A stretch of DNA of 64,000 nt, from the IMG/VR virus record IMGVR_UViG_3300014834_000354, positions 37,254 to 101,253 of that record. One strand, given 5' to 3'. Below are positions 1 to 9,689 of the stretch, piece by piece (the first letter of the stretch is position 1; each line of letters opens with the position of its first letter). The notes beneath the pieces were generated by a model that did no database searches, was not told where the DNA came from, and saw nothing but the letters and a program-made list of their open reading frames with translations. This DNA comes from a virus. A program made the position numbers and the translations under genes.

Positions 1-31
1 TTTTTAATTCTTTGATCAGCTGAGTGTTCAT
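1..31 (-). CDS. 5' end of a small protein running off the window (MNTQLIKELK...), probable member of the MNERIKEL paralogue family
   Basis: ATG at 31; N-terminus matches 269..493 and 3040..3273. Confidence 0.5.
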   Translation of the reverse strand, partial: MNTQLIKELK

Positions 32-107
32 AATATTTACCGGTTAATTATTGATTAATGATTTTAATTTTTACAAATTGATTGTAGACGTTCTTTCATT
101 TGCGTGT

Positions 108-272
108 TCATGGCCTATATTCTAGCTTGATGCATTTCAGGCCCTGACGTTTGGCCTGCCACATGCTGTAAATGGCGACGATCATACTCGGCCCGGCATA
201 TATTTGCAGCCAAGAACAAGGCGCATCATTTGGGCAATGCCAGGCATTCACTTCATATGTGTAACCCATCAT
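108..272 (-). CDS. small hypothetical protein (54 aa, not in ORF track)
   Basis: Hand-translated MMGYTYEVNAWHCP...; ATGA overlap with the upstream gene's stop. Confidence 0.5.
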   Translation of the reverse strand: MMGYTYEVNAWHCPNDAPCSWLQIYAGPSMIVAIYSMWQAKRQGLKCIKLEYRP

Positions 273-493
273 TCAAGCCCAAAATGTTTCTTTACATCTT
301 CAATGCAACGCCGCACTTCCTTGTCTTCACGATTAAGGTCTCCCATGAATCTCTTGTTTAAAACATCAACACATTCCCTAGCAATCAACTCTGCCAGTTT
401 TTTGCATTCTGGCATATCCCAATGCCCAACGCCAAACATATCAGGCTCATATCCAGCTTGTTTAGCAAGCTCTTTAATGAGTTGATCGTTCAT
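269..493 (-). CDS. MNERIKEL/FAELIxxEC paralogue family protein
   Basis: Start moved to ATG 493 (MNDQLIKELAKQAG) with GAGGG RBS; KLAELIARECV and KKHFGLE motifs. Confidence 0.75.
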   Translation of the reverse strand: MNDQLIKELAKQAGYEPDMFGVGHWDMPECKKLAELIARECVDVLNKRFMGDLNREDKEVRRCIEDVKKHFGLE

Positions 494-527
494 GATAAGT
501 CCCTCTTGAAAATTTTTTGATAGGGCA

Positions 528-557
528 ATTATACACAATTTTAGCGATTGTGTAAAC
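528..557 (-). promoter_or_regulatory. early promoter GTTTACA-N17-TATAAT
   Basis: Exact T4-early-like consensus, 35 nt before ATG 493. Confidence 0.8.
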
Positions 558-563
558 AATCAT

Positions 564-713
564 TCATTTAATTTTGATTAACACGTCTGGCCGAGCTGTA
601 GCTACCATACGGTGAATACGTCCTTCATACGCGTAAGGCACTCGCTCACAGTAGCGCTTAGCAAGAATGCGGATAATGAATAGGGGTAAAATTTCCGTCC
701 ACTTGCTCAGCAT
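564..713 (-). CDS. small hypothetical protein (49 aa, not in ORF track)
   Basis: GGAG RBS then ATG; MLSKWTEILPLFIIRILAKRYC... Confidence 0.55.
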   Translation of the reverse strand: MLSKWTEILPLFIIRILAKRYCERVPYAYEGRIHRMVATARPDVLIKIK

Positions 714-782
714 AAGTATCTCCAAATTGTTCTATTGATAATCGTGAAATCTTTCACATGATCCTTAGCCACTTCACGTGGT

Positions 783-980
783 TTATTCGTGAAGTTTTTT
801 AACTTTTTCAGCAATCTCAATCAAATCATCTAATCGTTTCCTATCCTCATGCTCACATAATACTTTAGCTGTTGAAGAGCCATCACCCATATTTCCCAGG
901 CTTAAAACATCCCATGACATAGCAAACGGAAGTTTGACTGCGGTCGCAGTGCAGCGACTAATCATTTTAAGTAAACTCAT
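783..980 (-). CDS. hypothetical protein
   Basis: ORF with ATGA overlap and GAGG RBS. Confidence 0.65.
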   Translation of the reverse strand: MSLLKMISRCTATAVKLPFAMSWDVLSLGNMGDGSSTAKVLCEHEDRKRLDDLIEIAEKVKKLHE

Positions 981-1240
981 GATTCACCTCTAAAAAGTTC
1001 TGTGATTTCCTGAATATTATCATTGCATTTATCAATACAGATGTCAATATGGCTGCGAAACTCTTCATCCCATTCTGGTAAAGCGTTTTTGGTTTTTGAT
1101 AATCTGTAGACTTCATCATTCAGATATTGAATACAATTCTGAACGACCATTTCAGCAAATTCAAGCTTATCTTGCTCAGACCATTGAATTCCAATCTTAT
1201 CGTTAAAGTCTTTGATAAGAAGGTTGATTTTACTATTCAT
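977..1240 (-). CDS. MNERIKEL/FAELIxxEC paralogue family protein
   Basis: MNSKINLL...EFAEMVVQNCI; start moved to 1240. Confidence 0.65.
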   Translation of the reverse strand: MNSKINLLIKDFNDKIGIQWSEQDKLEFAEMVVQNCIQYLNDEVYRLSKTKNALPEWDEEFRSHIDICIDKCNDNIQEITELFRGES

Positions 1241-1241
1241 G

Positions 1242-1529
1242 TTAATCGTCACAGTCATCGTGCAAATAATCAATCAACTCAGCGACAGACATTTTTTGCA
1301 ATGTTTCACGTTTAATATATTCGCCCTCTGTAACTTCCTTATATCCTCGTTCCATACCTAACTGATACCAGCGCTCGTATTCTGCTTTTTCTTGGCTTGA
1401 TCTCCGCATGTAGCGCTCGCGAATGTTGAGAAATGATCCAATTAGATCATCGAGAGTCATTGAATAACCATGCATGCCAATTTTCTCGCTGCACTCTTTA
1501 AGCTTTTGTTCCACCTCTGCTTTTTCCAT
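1242..1529 (-). CDS. hypothetical protein
   Basis: GAGG RBS, downstream of an early promoter. Confidence 0.7.
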   Translation of the reverse strand: MEKAEVEQKLKECSEKIGMHGYSMTLDDLIGSFLNIRERYMRRSSQEKAEYERWYQLGMERGYKEVTEGEYIKRETLQKMSVAELIDYLHDDCDD

Positions 1530-1562
1530 GATTATGCCTCAATGAATATACCGATGACGCCT

Positions 1563-1591
1563 ATTATAACAATAAAACGCGGATTTGTAAA
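1563..1591 (-). promoter_or_regulatory. early promoter TTTACA-N17-TATAAT
   Basis: Consensus boxes with 17-nt spacer. Confidence 0.7.
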
Positions 1592-1609
1592 TCGTAATGC
1601 CGATAGAAC

Positions 1610-3043
1610 TTATTTCAATTTATCCAAGAATTCACTGATCAGCGGAAGCGGCCTACCAGTAGGCCCGCCTCCTTTAGACCAACTTGTTCCTGCGATGTCT
1701 AAATGGCACCAACCATTTTCGGGCGCGAATTTTTGTAAAAATACAGCACCTTGGGTCGCGCCTGCTCCGCGACCTGGAGCTAAATTACAAACATCAGCAA
1801 TGTCACTTCTTAAGAAATCTTTATGACAATCTTCTAATGGTAGTTGCCAAACCCAATCTTTTGTCACTTTACCGGCTTCCAATAGCTGACTCACTAAGCC
1901 ATCATCTTTGGAAAATAGTCCGGTATGGTGATGTCCTAGCGCAACGATACATGCGCCGGTCAAGGTGGCCAGATCGATTGTGTACCTGCCGTTGAATTGT
2001 TTTGCGTATGTGAGTGCGTCGGCCAATACCAGACGACCCTCGGCGTCAGTGTCAATAACTTCAATTGTTGTCCCATCCATTGCAGTTAACACGTCACCGG
2101 GTTTGACACTGCAACCGCTTGGCATATTTTCACAGCAGGCAGCAACCGCGACCATGCTGATTGGTAAGCCCGCTTTGGCTGCGTAAATTACAGAGCACAG
2201 CGCGGTTGCTGCGCCGGCCATATCGGATTTCATTTCATGCATGCCACCACTTGGTTTAATGCTGATGCCACCACTATCAAACGTTAATCCTTTACCAACC
2301 ATCACAACAGGGTTATCAACTTTGGGACCATAATGCAAGACAATAAGTTTTGGCTCCTCAACACTGCCCTTGGCAACGCCGTAGAAGGATCCCATTTTTT
2401 GTTCAAGAATATAATCAGCACCAAAAATTTCGCAAGCTATCGGCAAATCATTTTCGCGAATGTAGCTTTGAATCAATTCTGCAAATTTAGAAGGTGTTAA
2501 AAAATTCGGTGGCATGTTAACTAGCTGCTTAACAAAAGCGCGCGCCTCGGCCAAGGCTTGTCCTTTTGTTGTGCTATAATTTTCTGGTTCACGAACTACA
2601 AATTCTACAGTTTTACGAGGAGCAGAATCTTCTTCTTTCTTTTTAAGATCCCAGTCAACCATAAGATTCAACAACGTCCGGCTTACCAACAGCTTGTCAT
2701 TAAATTTATAAGAGGCAACTTCGACCGTAATCTCTGTGACTGCTTCAGGCATCGTCAAGATCGCCGTGATAATAGATGTTTCTACATCAGTCTCATTAAC
2801 GCACACGAATACTGTTAATTTTTCTTTAATCATACACGTAAATGTATGATTCGTGGTTTTTGGTAGAAGCGAATGCAAATTTGAATGTTTATTCAGAACA
2901 ACGCGGTTATCATTAACATGGTAGAGGACAACTGTTGCGCCTCGTAAACTAGGTTTGTTGACAAACTTCACTGAAGGGAATTTAAAATCGAACATTTTAT
3001 TTTCGGTTGCCGTGTTGCGATTAATCATTTTACGTAAAGTCAT
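1610..3043 (-). CDS. pepA: M17 leucyl aminopeptidase (PepA-like)
   Basis: VGKGLTFDSGGISIKP, MKSDMAG, DTDAEGRLVLAD, IDLATLTGA and HLDIAG motifs; start uncertain (3043 with ATGA overlap, or 2995). Confidence 0.93.
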   Translation of the reverse strand: MTLRKMINRNTATENKMFDFKFPSVKFVNKPSLRGATVVLYHVNDNRVVLNKHSNLHSLLPKTTNHTFTCMIKEKLTVFVCVNETDVETSIITAILTMPEAVTEITVEVASYKFNDKLLVSRTLLNLMVDWDLKKKEEDSAPRKTVEFVVREPENYSTTKGQALAEARAFVKQLVNMPPNFLTPSKFAELIQSYIRENDLPIACEIFGADYILEQKMGSFYGVAKGSVEEPKLIVLHYGPKVDNPVVMVGKGLTFDSGGISIKPSGGMHEMKSDMAGAATALCSVIYAAKAGLPISMVAVAACCENMPSGCSVKPGDVLTAMDGTTIEVIDTDAEGRLVLADALTYAKQFNGRYTIDLATLTGACIVALGHHHTGLFSKDDGLVSQLLEAGKVTKDWVWQLPLEDCHKDFLRSDIADVCNLAPGRGAGATQGAVFLQKFAPENGWCHLDIAGTSWSKGGGPTGRPLPLISEFLDKLK

Positions 3044-3273
3044 TGTTCCACTCCAAAATGGTCTGCAATTTTCCACCAGATATGTTTACCATCTTTGCAT
3101 CGCCAATCTCCACTTGCCTTGCCAGATTCATGAGAAATGACATTCAAGCATTGGTGAACAGTAAACTCAACAATCTTTTCAAACTTATTTAGTGCATCAG
3201 ACTTTTCACCAGCAGTCATATGCTGATGTAAAATTCCGCACTGTTCAGCAAGTTCTTTAATTCGTTCATTCAT
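3040..3273 (-). CDS. MNERIKEL/FAELIxxEC paralogue family protein
   Basis: MNERIKELAEQCG...IADHFGVE. Confidence 0.75.
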   Translation of the reverse strand: MNERIKELAEQCGILHQHMTAGEKSDALNKFEKIVEFTVHQCLNVISHESGKASGDWRCKDGKHIWWKIADHFGVEQ

Positions 3274-3382
3274 GGCATTTTGCTCACGACAGTCCTGTTG
3301 ATAGATATATTATACCCTGCTACAATCATCCCGTAAACACACTGTGGAAAATTACATAATTTATACGTAACACAGAGAACTA

Positions 3383-3583
3383 CTACAACTTTCTTGCGAG
3401 CCTTGGAGATTCGCCATTCGAGCACCATTGATTTTGGGTCCAATAAAACCATTCATTCTTGGTGAGAATTTCTTCTACATGGTTTGATACGTATTCGGTT
3501 CTAACATGTTTATAGAACGTGACGTTTCCATATGTTTCGCTAAGGTGTGTGGCACCATCTGGTACTATTTCAAAATTCAACAT
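3383..3583 (-). CDS. hypothetical protein
   Basis: ORF with AGGA RBS. Confidence 0.6.
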   Translation of the reverse strand: MLNFEIVPDGATHLSETYGNVTFYKHVRTEYVSNHVEEILTKNEWFYWTQNQWCSNGESPRLARKL

Positions 3584-3607
3584 AGATTTTCCTGAGAATT
3601 AATCATC

Positions 3608-4309
3608 CTACAACTGGTTAGCATCATTTGCCTCTAGAATTTGTTTCCACCTAAGTGTTATTAGGTCAAGATATTTCTGATCAGACATTGTCCCCCAAGG
3701 ATAAAAGCCAAGCGACCAGCCGTCATTCACCTCAACCAACAACGTTCTACCATCGCATACGCCAACGTCAATGCTATATCCTGCTGGCTGCGAAGTATAA
3801 TTATAAACCATTTCTTCAACAATGTTAACATCAAATTCTACTTCATCATCGCCATCATCATATCTTGAGTGACCAATCAGCTTACGATCAACAATATAGC
3901 ACCTAAATTCAGCAGAAAATTTCACCGGATCAGAGATCCAAACTGGCAAATCATCAGGGACTTCTTCGGTAAGTTCTTGCTTAATTGCTCCGGTAAACGC
4001 TTTTGTTTTTATTGGTTTTACGAACTCATTTGGCCGTGCACCAGAGTAACTCCCCTGTCTTATTTTCCTCTGCAAATAATTGGTTAGTTCAATTGGGTAG
4101 GTTGCAATATATTGTATTTTGATATTTTGTAATTCACAATATTTGTTTACAAATTCTACCGTGCCAATCGGAACATATTCTGCGCCATCAAGATTTTTAA
4201 TGTTTGATTCTAACTGATCATAAGAAACAGTAAAACATGAATTATCACTTTTTAGAGCAATAAGTTTTTCTTTTCGCAAGTAGTTTTCCTGTTGTAGCAG
4301 GTACTTCAA
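3608..4309 (-). CDS. ATP-grasp domain protein (R2K/DUF4343-like)
   Basis: FVKP, EFRCYI, SIDVG and LVEVND motifs; TTG start. Confidence 0.8.
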   Translation of the reverse strand: MKYLLQQENYLRKEKLIALKSDNSCFTVSYDQLESNIKNLDGAEYVPIGTVEFVNKYCELQNIKIQYIATYPIELTNYLQRKIRQGSYSGARPNEFVKPIKTKAFTGAIKQELTEEVPDDLPVWISDPVKFSAEFRCYIVDRKLIGHSRYDDGDDEVEFDVNIVEEMVYNYTSQPAGYSIDVGVCDGRTLLVEVNDGWSLGFYPWGTMSDQKYLDLITLRWKQILEANDANQL

Positions 4310-4311
4310 TT

Positions 4312-4527
4312 TTACAACCTCAATTTTTCAATATCTTTTGCGCAGTGCATTCTGCCTGTATTGTAGTCGCTGTTTCCGACTTGACTATTACAGATTTTAA
4401 CACAGGTATCAACCAATTGATTTGCGAAATCTTTCATTTGTTCAAATGTATACCCGTGCAAATCTCCACGTTCTGGATCGTAACCAAGCCATTCTTGGGC
4501 CGGCAAATTGATTTTTGGCTCATTCAT
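4312..4527 (-). CDS. hypothetical protein, divergent FAELIxxEC family member
   Basis: DFANQLVDTCVKIC motif. Confidence 0.6.
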   Translation of the reverse strand: MNEPKINLPAQEWLGYDPERGDLHGYTFEQMKDFANQLVDTCVKICNSQVGNSDYNTGRMHCAKDIEKLRL

Positions 4528-4542
4528 TTTGTTATAGCTCTA

Positions 4543-5793
4543 TTAAAAAACGTCAATTCCGCCGTCTTTATTATTCTCAGCAAGCTGAGTGCCTTGTGAT
4601 TCATATTCTTTAGCCATCATTTTCCAGAGTTCAATGAATGCTTTGCTGAGATCATCATCGAGAATTGATAAACTATCACGTAAAGCATTTATCGGTTTAG
4701 ATCCAACCGCGCTTTTAACATTGTTATTTGAGAATGTTTTGGCTACTGTTAAAATTTTTCTGGTTGAAATTATGTCATTAACGGCGCCGGCTTCATATGA
4801 TTTTTTAACTTGTTTATGCCAAGCAGCTAAATGATTTACGATATCCTCTGACAGTTCAAAGCCAGAACTCGTGATAATTTCAATTAATTCACTTTCTGTA
4901 GGCGATTCAAATGGGATTGCAATTTCAAACCTGTCAAGCAGCGCGCTGTCAAGTAATTGTGTGTTATATTTTCCGGTTAAATCGCCTTTGCCACGTGAAT
5001 TGCCTGTTGCGAATACACAGAAGCCCGGTTTAGGATAAACCATTTTATTTAACTTTTTAATCAAGTAGCCGCGATGTTCGAGCACTGGAAATAATTCAGT
5101 AGCAACTTGAGGATTGATTCGGTCCAATTCATCTAAAAGCAGAATGGCGCCTAATTCCATAGCCAAAACCGCTGGACCCTTGTTATAAACCATTGTTCCA
5201 TTTACGAGCCGGAGCCCACCGAATAAATCGTCAACTTCGGTGAAATACGAAATTGGAACTCGAATTACAACTCTGCCAGCCTGTTTAGCTGCAGACAAAA
5301 CTGAAGTAGTTTTTCCGAGACCTGTTTCACCATAAATGTAAACGTTTACTGGATTTTTTACTTTCAGCTGTCGCTGTACATCAGCAAACGAAGATGTTTT
5401 AACGTATGATGTTAGAGCCGGATCATTTGCGGCATTAATTGATTCAATTGATAATTCAATTTCACCGGTCTGCTCGGATTGGAAAATATCATTTTCTCTT
5501 TTCATCATCATTTTCTCTTGTGTTGGTTTATTAACAGCGACTTCTATTTTTAAGTTTTTTAAAATGCTCACAGCCTTTTCTACATTTAATGTTACTGGCC
5601 TTTTTGTCACTACCGCATCAGATAAATTATCTGATATGAATTTTATCGAGTGCGAAATTATTGAGCTGGGTGCTCCAGCCTTTTTTAAAGAAAAGATTAG
5701 ATCAGATCTTTCTATTTCGCAACCAAGAAATGGGTTTAACTCGTCAATAAGATATAAACGCATTTGTTCATCAGATAATAACCGTTCGGCCAT
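4543..5793 (-). CDS. MoxR/CobS-like AAA+ ATPase
   Basis: Walker A GETGLGKT, Walker B LLLDELD, ATGN and LLDRF. Confidence 0.88.
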   Translation of the reverse strand: MAERLLSDEQMRLYLIDELNPFLGCEIERSDLIFSLKKAGAPSSIISHSIKFISDNLSDAVVTKRPVTLNVEKAVSILKNLKIEVAVNKPTQEKMMMKRENDIFQSEQTGEIELSIESINAANDPALTSYVKTSSFADVQRQLKVKNPVNVYIYGETGLGKTTSVLSAAKQAGRVVIRVPISYFTEVDDLFGGLRLVNGTMVYNKGPAVLAMELGAILLLDELDRINPQVATELFPVLEHRGYLIKKLNKMVYPKPGFCVFATGNSRGKGDLTGKYNTQLLDSALLDRFEIAIPFESPTESELIEIITSSGFELSEDIVNHLAAWHKQVKKSYEAGAVNDIISTRKILTVAKTFSNNNVKSAVGSKPINALRDSLSILDDDLSKAFIELWKMMAKEYESQGTQLAENNKDGGIDVF

Positions 5794-5880
5794 GACATCT
5801 CCAGTAATTCACGCAATAATAAAATTATACCATAATGACATACACATGTAGAATGAATTTACTAAATTCTGATTATAACG

Positions 5881-5908
5881 AAAAAAGGGGCAAAGATTTG
5901 CCCCTTTT
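5881..5908 (-). terminator. intrinsic terminator after aceA
   Basis: AAAAGGGGCAAA / TTTGCCCCTTTT hairpin with U-tract. Confidence 0.85.
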
Positions 5909-5925
5909 CGATTTACTGCATGTTA

Positions 5926-7248
5926 TTAATTTTTTCTACCGTCGAAAAACTGCTCATCTTCGGTTGATCCTTTCAACGCTGCGGTTGAAGCTTCACGTTC
6001 AATTGTAGTAGTGACCGCATCAAAATAACCAGTGCCTACTTCACGTTGATGTTTAACTGCGGTGAAACCTTTTTCAGCCGCTGCAAATTCAGCTTCTTGT
6101 AGTTCAACGAACGCTGACATATTTCTTCTAGCATAGCCATGTGCCAAGTTAAACATTGAATAATTTAGGCTATGGAAGCCGGCCAAGGTGATGAACTGGA
6201 ATTTATAGCCCATCGCACCTAGCTCACGTTGGAACTTGGCAATGGTGGCTTCATCGAGATTACGCTTCCAATTGAATGATGGCGAACAGTTGTAAGATAA
6301 CATCTTGCCAGGGAACTGACGATGAATTGCTTCAGCAAATTTTCTGGCAAATTCTAGATCAGGTTTGCCAGTTTCACACCAAATCAAATCAGCGTATGGC
6401 GCGTATGCCAGACCTCGTGAAATTGACTGCTCAAGCCCTGGGCGCGTTTTAAAGAAGCCTTCAACTGTTCGTTCACCGGTGATGAATGGCTTATCATTTT
6501 CATCAACGTCTGAAGTTACCAGGTCAGCAGCTTCAGCATCAGTGCGAGCAATTAATACGGTCGGAACACCCATCACATCAGCCGCTAGACGTGCTGAAAC
6601 GAGTTTAGAAATTGCATCTCGGGTTGGTACCAAAACTTTACCGCCCATATGACCACACTTCTTAACAGCCGCCAGCTGATCTTCAAAATGTACGCCGGAA
6701 GCACCTGCTTCAATCATAGCTTTCATCAGCTCAAATGCATTAAGCACGCCGCCAAAGCCAGCTTCAGCATCGGCCACGATTGGCGCAAAATAATCAATGA
6801 AATCGGCATCAGAAGGATTCTTACCTTCCATCCATTGAATCTGATCACAACGGGTTAGAGTATTATTGATGCGTTTAACGACCGCTGGAACTGAATTGAT
6901 AGGATAGAGTGATTGATCAGGATACATTTCACCGGCCAAGTTCGCATCACCCGCAACCTGCCAACCGGACAAGTAAATTGCTTTCAGCCCAGCTTTGACT
7001 TGCTGCATTGCTTGATTGCCAGTTAGGGCGCCTAAGGCGTTAACAAAAGGCTGTTCATTCATCAGCTGCCAGAGTTTCATTGAACCGCGTTTTGCAAGTG
7101 TGTGTTCAATCTGAACTGAGCCCCGTAAACGAACAACATCATCTGCGGTATAACCACGTTTAATTCCAGCCCACCGCATATTTTCAGCCCAATCTCGCTG
7201 AATATCTTGCGCTTGAATCTCGCGCGCGAGCCTTGAAAAATATTCCAT
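5926..7248 (-). CDS. aceA: isocitrate lyase
   Basis: [21 protein letters not shown], catalytic [14 protein letters not shown] and HQREVG; full length with AGGAG RBS. Confidence 0.98.
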   Translation of the reverse strand: MEYFSRLAREIQAQDIQRDWAENMRWAGIKRGYTADDVVRLRGSVQIEHTLAKRGSMKLWQLMNEQPFVNALGALTGNQAMQQVKAGLKAIYLSGWQVAGDANLAGEMYPDQSLYPINSVPAVVKRINNTLTRCDQIQWMEGKNPSDADFIDYFAPIVADAEAGFGGVLNAFELMKAMIEAGASGVHFEDQLAAVKKCGHMGGKVLVPTRDAISKLVSARLAADVMGVPTVLIARTDAEAADLVTSDVDENDKPFITGERTVEGFFKTRPGLEQSISRGLAYAPYADLIWCETGKPDLEFARKFAEAIHRQFPGKMLSYNCSPSFNWKRNLDEATIAKFQRELGAMGYKFQFITLAGFHSLNYSMFNLAHGYARRNMSAFVELQEAEFAAAEKGFTAVKHQREVGTGYFDAVTTTIEREASTAALKGSTEDEQFFDGRKN

Positions 7249-7292
7249 CGAAAAATCTCCTAGAGTATTAAAAATTAAGAATAAAAAGGTAT

Positions 7293-7326
7293 AAAAAGAA
7301 ACAGCCTAGAATTTATTTCTAGGCTG
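7293..7326 (-). terminator. intrinsic terminator
   Basis: CAGCCTAGAA / TTCTAGGCTG stem plus U-tract. Confidence 0.75.
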
Positions 7327-7345
7327 CGTTAAATGATAATGCAGC

Positions 7346-7771
7346 TTATTTGAATTCTTTAGTAGCTCTATCCAAATTGGCTTCGGCTGGATTGGTGAAA
7401 TCTGAGCCAATCACTTTGTCTTCAACAATGTGTGAAGCAAAAATGGAATCGCTTGAAGCGCGAGCGCCGGCTGGGCGTTTCACTTTGATGAAGTTTGAGT
7501 GGAAATAATCCAGCGCATTGAGGCCGTTGCTCAGTGTGGCTTGTGAAAGCAGTTCCCATAGTGGGTACTTGTCAACGTGTGGTGACATTAGAACTTTCTT
7601 AAGACGACCTTTATCGATATTTGCTAGACTGTCAATGTCAACATAATGAAGCGTACCGTCTTCATCGCGCTTAACAACTGCGATTTCTTTTAGAGTACCG
7701 GTATCATCAACGTCCAACAGTTCTACGTGGTGCATTGAGGTTTTACGCCCCACTAATTGATTTTGTGCCAT
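7346..7771 (-). CDS. hypothetical protein, late-promoter driven
   Basis: AGGAG RBS, TATAAATA upstream, terminator downstream. Confidence 0.8.
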   Translation of the reverse strand: MAQNQLVGRKTSMHHVELLDVDDTGTLKEIAVVKRDEDGTLHYVDIDSLANIDKGRLKKVLMSPHVDKYPLWELLSQATLSNGLNALDYFHSNFIKVKRPAGARASSDSIFASHIVEDKVIGSDFTNPAEANLDRATKEFK

Positions 7772-7842
7772 GTTTATCTCCTATGATATATTTGAATTCG
7801 CACCACGCCATTATGGAATGTTGGGCGATATTGTGGCAAAGT

Positions 7843-7850
7843 TATTTATA
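7843..7850 (-). promoter_or_regulatory. T4-type late promoter TATAAATA
   Basis: Exact consensus in an intergenic gap. Confidence 0.65.
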
Positions 7851-7877
7851 AAATTCGCAAGGCGTATTTTTAATGTA

Positions 7878-8894
7878 CTAAAATTGCAATATAGATTTCT
7901 TAGTCGGTGTGTCTGATTGAGAAGACATCTGTTCATTCAACAAATTTGCTGCTGAAGAAGATTTCTGATTTTGCATACTTAGGATTTCAACATAGCTGCT
8001 AACATTCTCAGAAATTTTCTTCAATTCATATTTTCCGAGAAATTTCTGAAAATGAAATAACGAAAATTTTGACCTAGCTTCAATAGCATTATCTACCATC
8101 TCTGGCATAATATTTCTAATTTCTTCGGGCTGACAAGTTAAATCCATTAACAGCTTATTTTCTTGCCACAGCTCGCCGACATTAAACACGGTTTTTACAC
8201 CAGGTTCTAGTTCTGCTTCCCACTCATGACTAAATAACGCTTGCCGTGCATATTCGTCTTTGTATGCCTCTTCTATTTTTGTTTTGCGCAATCTTGGGTA
8301 GGCGCTCATGACATTATCACCAGAATCGCCGCGAAAACATTTTTCAAAAATAAAATAATCTGGATCCAACGGCTTTTTGGATTTCTTATCAACACCTACA
8401 TTTTTATCCAGCTTTCCAACGAATTTAACATTTGGCTGACGGTATAATTGTAAGAAGTCATCATCACCAGATACCACGTATAACTCATCTTCTGGCGTAT
8501 TAAATCGTTGACAATATGCGGCAATGCTATCATCTCCCTCGAGCGATGCATGACTTAAACAAACCAAACTGGTATGTTCACGAGCCATCTCTTCAAAATT
8601 TTTAATTAGATCAAAGAAAAGCTGCATTGACGGATCTTTTACACGATTCGCCTTATATACTTGTTTTGAAATACACGCTTCTGATTTTGTGTAATCCTTT
8701 CTCCAATTTGCTCGTCCTTCAAAAGCTAGAGCGATCTGTTGTGGTTTTAATTCTCTAGCATATTTCGCCAAAACATTCAACGTCATGTGCATCGCCAAGC
8801 CTGCAGTATCTTTGGGATCTGCAGCGCGATTATATGAATTGACTGCAGCTACGCTAAAAAGTAAATTTGATGTATCTACGACAAGACGTCTCAT
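7878..8894 (-). CDS. rnh: T4-like RNase H / 5'-3' flap exonuclease
   Basis: VVDTSN, YKANR, EGDD, SGDDDFLQL and GDSGDNV acidic motifs. Confidence 0.9.
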   Translation of the reverse strand: MRRLVVDTSNLLFSVAAVNSYNRAADPKDTAGLAMHMTLNVLAKYARELKPQQIALAFEGRANWRKDYTKSEACISKQVYKANRVKDPSMQLFFDLIKNFEEMAREHTSLVCLSHASLEGDDSIAAYCQRFNTPEDELYVVSGDDDFLQLYRQPNVKFVGKLDKNVGVDKKSKKPLDPDYFIFEKCFRGDSGDNVMSAYPRLRKTKIEEAYKDEYARQALFSHEWEAELEPGVKTVFNVGELWQENKLLMDLTCQPEEIRNIMPEMVDNAIEARSKFSLFHFQKFLGKYELKKISENVSSYVEILSMQNQKSSSAANLLNEQMSSQSDTPTKKSILQF

Positions 8895-8903
8895 TATTTT
8901 TCC

Positions 8904-9203
8904 TTAGGTGCGAAGTTGATTTTCTGATGAAAGCAGCGGGTGAGATTCAGAATTTACGCTATCCTCTGGATCCGGAAATTCATTCGGGCGCAGCTGTGAC
9001 CCTACTAAAAACAGCATAGCGGTTTCATTATCATTTGCTCCCCTAATTCCATTCTTATGGAGATTTTCAATCAGGCCTTTATTCCAATACATCTCAAATT
9101 TAATTTGCCCATCATCGCTGATGCCAGAAGTGATATATGCAACATAAGGATGTTTGGTCCGTTCAACTAAAAAGTTAATTAACCATGTAAGTATTTTTCT
9201 CAT
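8904..9203 (-). CDS. hypothetical protein
   Basis: ORF within the replication operon. Confidence 0.7.
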   Translation of the reverse strand: MRKILTWLINFLVERTKHPYVAYITSGISDDGQIKFEMYWNKGLIENLHKNGIRGANDNETAMLFLVGSQLRPNEFPDPEDSVNSESHPLLSSENQLRT

Positions 9204-9667
9204 TATGAACTCCTTGAAACTGAAGCATTTTGAATAATAGATTTCGAAAAATCTTTAAGTGTTTCTTTTAGCAGTGGTTTAAAAATTGAGTCTGCGAAAT
9301 GACGTGAAATCATTTCAAGAAATGTATCTTGATCAACACAAAAATCAATTGCCTGAAGATCACTCACTGCGTATGAACACGTTTTTGTATTTCCTAAAGA
9401 ATCTTCCATCCAAATTGAAAGCGTTTGGGCCGCCATATCTGGATTTTTGTCTAATATAATTCTTTTTGGCGTCCAGTTGTTCGCAACATCAGCAAAATCA
9501 GACATGTGTTTCAACAGGAAAACAACATTGTTCAATTCTGCTTCTGTCAAAACAACTGAGCCATCTGACGTTCGACCTGCGTACCACCGCATCTCGAGCT
9601 TTTCTGCTAGGGCTTTAGCTACATCTATTTGTTTTTTGGTAATTGTTTGCTTTTTGCTATCGGCCAT
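9203..9667 (-). CDS. hypothetical protein
   Basis: GGAGG RBS. Confidence 0.75.
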   Translation of the reverse strand: MADSKKQTITKKQIDVAKALAEKLEMRWYAGRTSDGSVVLTEAELNNVVFLLKHMSDFADVANNWTPKRIILDKNPDMAAQTLSIWMEDSLGNTKTCSYAVSDLQAIDFCVDQDTFLEMISRHFADSIFKPLLKETLKDFSKSIIQNASVSRSS

Positions 9668-9689
9668 TGTGAACCTCCGGTGTTATATT

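Noticed and set aside
5926-7248. aceA as host contamination or a prophage boundary
   Set aside because: It is flanked on both sides by phage-type genes in the same orientation, with no other host operon context. Read-level confirmation is still advisable.
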